Of a DNA stretch of 64,000 nt, positions 60,059 through 64,000 are shown in pieces. Position 1 is the first letter of the stretch. Every line of letters begins with the position of its first letter. The notes below the pieces were generated by a model that searched no databases, had not been told where the DNA came from, and was given only the letters and a program-made list of their open reading frames with translations. The DNA lies in NCBI GenBank assembly GCA_965227445.1, contig OZ245751.1:4178499-4242498 (forward strand), in the 5' to 3' direction. This DNA comes from Saprospiraceae bacterium. GTDB taxonomy: Bacteria > Bacteroidota > Bacteroidia > Chitinophagales > Saprospiraceae. Position numbers and translations under genes: made by a program.

Positions 60059-60287
60059 GGCGGTCGATCCTCTGGATCGACCTGACCAATCTTTCGAAGA
60101 CCAGCATTTTCCTTAAACCGAAGATCGTTGGGGCCAGGATGATTGTGCTTCAGCGCAAAAACAATTTTTCCAATGGAAAAGAGTTGTCGATCCAGAGGAT
60201 CGACCTCCAAAGGAAGTCGGTCCTCTGGACCGACTGTTCTTGCACCCAAAATTATTGCTTTTTGAACCGCGGCACTAGAGGATCGAG
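60059..60287. repeat. cluster of four REP-like palindromic hairpin elements
   Basis: GGTCGATCC-TCT-GGATCGACC (60061), GTCGATCC-AGA-GGATCGAC (60186), GTCGGTCC-TCT-GGACCGAC (60216), and partial CTAGAGGATCGAG (60275). Confidence 0.6.
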
Positions 60288-60292
60288 CACCA

Positions 60293-61528
60293 TTACGACC
60301 GACGCCGGTTCCGCCCATTCCGCTGGTTCCTCTGCTTCTTCCGACCTCCACGGGGTGGATTATTTGATGGCACGGTTTCTGGTCTGGAACCATTATCCGG
60401 GTAAGGGTGATCGGAAACAACGGGAATCCGCTGATCGATCAGTTTTTGAATATCTTTCAGATACGCTCGCTCCTCGGTGTCACAAAAGGAGATGGCAATA
60501 CCGCTGGCCTTGGCACGACCGGTTCGTCCTATACGGTGAACGTATGTCTCCGGGACGTTGGGTAAATCGTAATTGATTACGTACGACAGTTCATCGACAT
60601 CAATACCACGGGCAGCGATATCGGTAGCCACGAGGACGTTCAGGTCGCCGTCTTTAAATTCGCCCAGTGCCTTTTGACGGGCGTTTTGGGATTTATTACC
60701 GTGAATAGCTGCAGCCTTATGTCCGGCCCTTTCCAGGATCTTCACGATCTTATTGGCTCCGTGCTTGGTACGTGAAAATACCAGCAAAGAGTCCATGGAT
60801 TCCTCTTCTAATAAGTGTAATAACAGTTTGCGCTTGTCGGGCTTGCTGACATAGTACAGGGCCTGATCCACTTTTTCGGCCGTTGCCTGCTCGGGTTGAA
60901 TAGTGATCCGGGCGGGTTGGCCCAGGATATTCTTAGAGAGGGCTTCGATCTCTTTCGACATAGTAGCTGAAAAGAAAAGAGATTGCCTTTTTTGCGGAAG
61001 CAGACGTACGATCCGCTTAATATCGTGAATAAAGCCCATGTCCAGCATGTGATCGGCCTCATCGAGGACGGAATGGGTTACCGAACTCAGGTCGATAAAG
61101 CCCTGACCAATCAGGTCGAGCAACCGGCCCGGAGTCGCCACCAAAATGTCGGCACCTTTCTGCAGGGCCTGCGTCTGTTTTCCTTGCTTAACACCACCAT
61201 AGATAACCACCGAACGCAGTCCGGTGAATTGCCCATAGCTGGTAAAGCTTTCGTATATCTGAATCGCCAGCTCCCGGGTGGGCGCAACGATGAGAGCCCG
61301 AACGGGACGGGATCCCTTCTGGCGCGTTTTCGATTGATACAGATGTTGAATGATCGGAACGGCGAATGCGGCCGTTTTGCCGGTGCCGGTTTGGGCACAA
61401 CCCAGTAAATCTTTTCCGTTAAGTAGGAGGGGAATCGCTTGCTCTTGGATTGGAGTTGGGTGGGTGTAGCCTTCGCGTTGGAGGGCTTTCAGAATGGGGT
61501 CAATAATCCCCAATTGCTCAAATGTCAT
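60293..61528 (-). CDS. DEAD-box ATP-dependent RNA helicase (RhlE-like)
   Basis: Q-motif, Walker A AQTGTGKT, DEAD box VLDEADHML, SAT motif, HRIGRTGR, and an Arg-rich C-terminal tail. Confidence 0.85.
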   Translation of the reverse strand: MTFEQLGIIDPILKALQREGYTHPTPIQEQAIPLLLNGKDLLGCAQTGTGKTAAFAVPIIQHLYQSKTRQKGSRPVRALIVAPTRELAIQIYESFTSYGQFTGLRSVVIYGGVKQGKQTQALQKGADILVATPGRLLDLIGQGFIDLSSVTHSVLDEADHMLDMGFIHDIKRIVRLLPQKRQSLFFSATMSKEIEALSKNILGQPARITIQPEQATAEKVDQALYYVSKPDKRKLLLHLLEEESMDSLLVFSRTKHGANKIVKILERAGHKAAAIHGNKSQNARQKALGEFKDGDLNVLVATDIAARGIDVDELSYVINYDLPNVPETYVHRIGRTGRAKASGIAISFCDTEERAYLKDIQKLIDQRIPVVSDHPYPDNGSRPETVPSNNPPRGGRKKQRNQRNGRNRRRS

Positions 61529-61629
61529 AAAGTTGATATGAGCGGATCGTTCTTTTGCAATCCGCGATATAGAAAGTACAAAGGTACGGGATTTTTACAT
61601 AGGATGTACCAGTGGATTTGTTAACTTTT

Positions 61630-62328
61630 TTAAGGATTGCTTTCCAGGTATAGTCTGCCTTCCAGTGCCTCCAGGAATTTTCGGTTTTCCCGGATGGTCC
61701 GCCACGTGCCCGCATAGGTCTGTACCCTATGCAGCGGAGGCCAGGCCAGGCGGCCCTGGATGAGCGAGTAAGCCGCGGTAATCTGAGCTGCGTTAAACCA
61801 CAGGATCAGGGTTTGCCCCCAATCCCGGGAAACGGGCTGCAGGCCAAAGCGCTGAGCCGTGCGGGGATTTATAAAATAGGAAGTACCACGGACGAATTGA
61901 TCCAGACGCTCTTCGGAATGGGCTCGATCGGCCTCCCGCCGCAGTCCACTTACCATATCGTGGAACAGCCTTTTTTTGCGAAAGCGCAAAGATGGATAAG
62001 CTCGCAATACGTACCAATAATCGAATAAGGTACCTCCGTGTAGAATATGCCCTTTGTCTTTAACGGGCTGGAGGATACATAAGGGTGCGGCGTAGTGCAG
62101 AGTCCCCTTTCGAATGCCCGCCGGTGTATCCAGAAAAGGAGCAGCCAACTGCAGCGGAATAAAAATGAGCAAGCCCAGTCCATACAGTCCGGTACCGATG
62201 GCCAATGCGGCCAGAAAGAGGCAGCCCATTACCAGCAGACCAATGACCTGCCACTCCCGCCGACGCTGCCAGGGGCGGGAATGCTGAAAATAGGGATGAT
62301 CTAAAGAGTCCGGGGTCTGCTGCTGCAT
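61630..62328 (-). CDS. hypothetical membrane protein
   Basis: Two TM helices near the N-terminus; no motif. Confidence 0.3.
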   Translation of the reverse strand: MQQQTPDSLDHPYFQHSRPWQRRREWQVIGLLVMGCLFLAALAIGTGLYGLGLLIFIPLQLAAPFLDTPAGIRKGTLHYAAPLCILQPVKDKGHILHGGTLFDYWYVLRAYPSLRFRKKRLFHDMVSGLRREADRAHSEERLDQFVRGTSYFINPRTAQRFGLQPVSRDWGQTLILWFNAAQITAAYSLIQGRLAWPPLHRVQTYAGTWRTIRENRKFLEALEGRLYLESNP

Positions 62329-62381
62329 GGTTATTGCGGTTATATTTGATGCTATTTAGAAGCTCTTCGTTAAATAATGCT

Positions 62382-62864
62382 ATGGCTAAAATTGTTTCCA
62401 ATCCCCTTTCGGACCCCGAAAAGATGCCCGAGGCTTTTGTCACCGCCTGGATGGAGCGGGATGCCCACCAGCTGGCCAGTCGCTTTACCAAAGATGCGGA
62501 TTTTGTGAATGTGGTGGGATTGTGGTGGCACGACAGAAAGGCTATCTGGCAAGCACATGACTACGGTTTGCGGGTTATCTTTCCCGATTCACACCTTTCG
62601 GCCCGTCAGATTCGCAGCCGCTACATAGGTAAGGATGTAGCCATTATTCAAGCCCGTTTCCGGTTAAGTGGCCAAACCGCCCGCACTAACCAGGTAAATC
62701 CAGGCATACGGTTTACCATTTTCACCTTTGTGATGCAGCGATTCGATCAGGGATGGTTGTGTGTTACGGCCCATAATACCGATCAACAGCCAGGCAAGGA
62801 AACAAATGTGGTGGACCAGGATGGCAACCTGGAGCCCGTTGATTACCGGAGGCTGGATGATTGA
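62382..62864 (+). CDS. SgcJ/EcaC-type NTF2-like fold protein
   Basis: Start at the internal ATG (MAKIV...). FVTAWMERDAHQLASRFTKDADFVNV pattern of the SnoaL/SgcJ family. Confidence 0.5.
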   Translation: MAKIVSNPLSDPEKMPEAFVTAWMERDAHQLASRFTKDADFVNVVGLWWHDRKAIWQAHDYGLRVIFPDSHLSARQIRSRYIGKDVAIIQARFRLSGQTARTNQVNPGIRFTIFTFVMQRFDQGWLCVTAHNTDQQPGKETNVVDQDGNLEPVDYRRLDD

Positions 62865-63371
62865 TCAACTCACTCGCTCGTCCAACCGGTCGAGCGTCGC
62901 CGCAAAGGCAGTTGTTTCATTTTGTACCTGGGTCCGCAATAGTAAATATAAGGCCACTAAAAACAAAGGGCCTGCCAGAGAAGGTAATTGATTATCTTCG
63001 GCACCTTCGAGGAAACCAAGGGCAATGAGTACCGATCCCGATAGCAACACAAAGGCGACGACGGAAAGAATAACTATCGTCCGGCGACGCAACCGTACTG
63101 TAGCCAGAAGCAAAGCTCCATCCGGATTGGGCTCGATCGTCCCCTGAATTACGGGCATAACAATCGTACGTCCTCTAATGATCCGGCATAATTCGAAGGA
63201 ATTATCGGTCAGTTTACCCTCGTAACGGCGGTAATCAGGCGTCGAAAACAATCCTCCCCGCAGCTTTTTAGGCTCTTCGACAAATTGTTGGATCCGGCGA
63301 CTAACCTCTTCGGGTGGCCACGGCAGGGTACGCTGTAGCTTATTTGATAGAAAACTCGGCATAATACCCAA
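62865..63371 (-). CDS. hypothetical membrane protein
   Basis: Two TM helices in the C-terminal half; no motif. Confidence 0.3.
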   Translation of the reverse strand: MGIMPSFLSNKLQRTLPWPPEEVSRRIQQFVEEPKKLRGGLFSTPDYRRYEGKLTDNSFELCRIIRGRTIVMPVIQGTIEPNPDGALLLATVRLRRRTIVILSVVAFVLLSGSVLIALGFLEGAEDNQLPSLAGPLFLVALYLLLRTQVQNETTAFAATLDRLDERVS

Positions 63372-63583
63372 TATAGGAGAATTCGCTGGGTCGTTCTCAA
63401 AAAAACAAGGTAGATAAGCGTATTTCAGCTTACCTACCCGTTCCGTATGTATTAAATCACCCGATTATTAATCTGTAAAACACAAGATTAATACGTCTAT
63501 TCCAAAAAGATTGTAGCACCCGACCGGTAGCAGGGCATCCCCTACTCCACCGGAAGCGTACCGCCAACAATTAACGTTGGCAA

Positions 63584-63997
63584 TTAATGGGGTAGATGCC
63601 TGCGGATTACTCCGTAGGTAAAGGTCCCCAGCAGGGCACCCAGAATAATCATCCCAACGATCCAGTATCCGTGTCCCAACAGTACGTACATTGGTCCGGG
63701 GCAACAGCCCACCAGGGCCCAGCCCAGTCCAAAAATACTGCCTGCCAGTAAATGGCGGGGGATACTTAGTTTCATAGGCGTATACGACACCATTGTCTGG
63801 CGTAAGGTCTTTATGCGGGTGCGTTTCATAATGGCGATAATAATCGCCCCGAACACCACGGCCGTGCCAATGATTCCGTACATGTGGAAGCTCTCGAAGC
63901 GGAACATCTCATGAATCCGAAACCAGGAAATAGCCTCTGATTTAGTCATGATGATACCGAAGAGAACACCGACGGCGAGAAAACTTATATTTTTCAT
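63584..63997 (-). CDS. YeeE/YedE-like (sulfur-transport family) half-size membrane protein
   Basis: Four TM helices with the GWALVGCCPGP motif region typical of this family; 137 aa. Confidence 0.5.
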   Translation of the reverse strand: MKNISFLAVGVLFGIIMTKSEAISWFRIHEMFRFESFHMYGIIGTAVVFGAIIIAIMKRTRIKTLRQTMVSYTPMKLSIPRHLLAGSIFGLGWALVGCCPGPMYVLLGHGYWIVGMIILGALLGTFTYGVIRRHLPH

Positions 63998-64000
63998 CTT

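Overview
This 64-kb window looks like a Bacteroidota chromosome. Supporting gene content: a T9SS C-terminal sorting domain on a secreted S8 peptidase, cytochrome bd oxidase, an Mla-type ABC pair, and many SusC-less outer-membrane barrels and lipoproteins. GC is roughly 50%. Most of the window is ordinary metabolism and housekeeping, including an iodotyrosine-deiodinase-like nitroreductase and two SDRs, mlaEF, tRNA-Leu, ArsR/DUF983/Crp regulators, cydAB, cysE plus cysteine synthase, aceK, an M1 aminopeptidase, an aldo/keto reductase, a SulP permease, PEP carboxylase, an RsuA-type pseudouridine synthase and a DEAD-box helicase. Four things stand out. (1) An unusual family of heptamer-periodic, mosaic intergenic repeats occurs at six or more loci. 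One is a perfect 56-copy (GACGGCT)n array that supplies the stop codon of a 1622-aa ORF. Two near-identical composite direct repeats flank a 5-kb glycosyltransferase/sulfotransferase cassette. (2) A cluster of a flotillin (SPFH) protein, a YqiJ/NfeD-like partner, a Uma2 nuclease and a giant coiled-coil AAA+ protein of unknown function; this is the best candidate for an undescribed system. (3) A metal-efflux locus in which CzcA and a CzcC/TolC-like outer-membrane factor are fused in one 1434-aa ORF, next to a VIT1 transporter and a 1-Cys peroxiredoxin. (4) A cluster of four palindromic REP-like hairpins. All coordinates and calls come from reading the sequence and the ORF track; no database searches were run.
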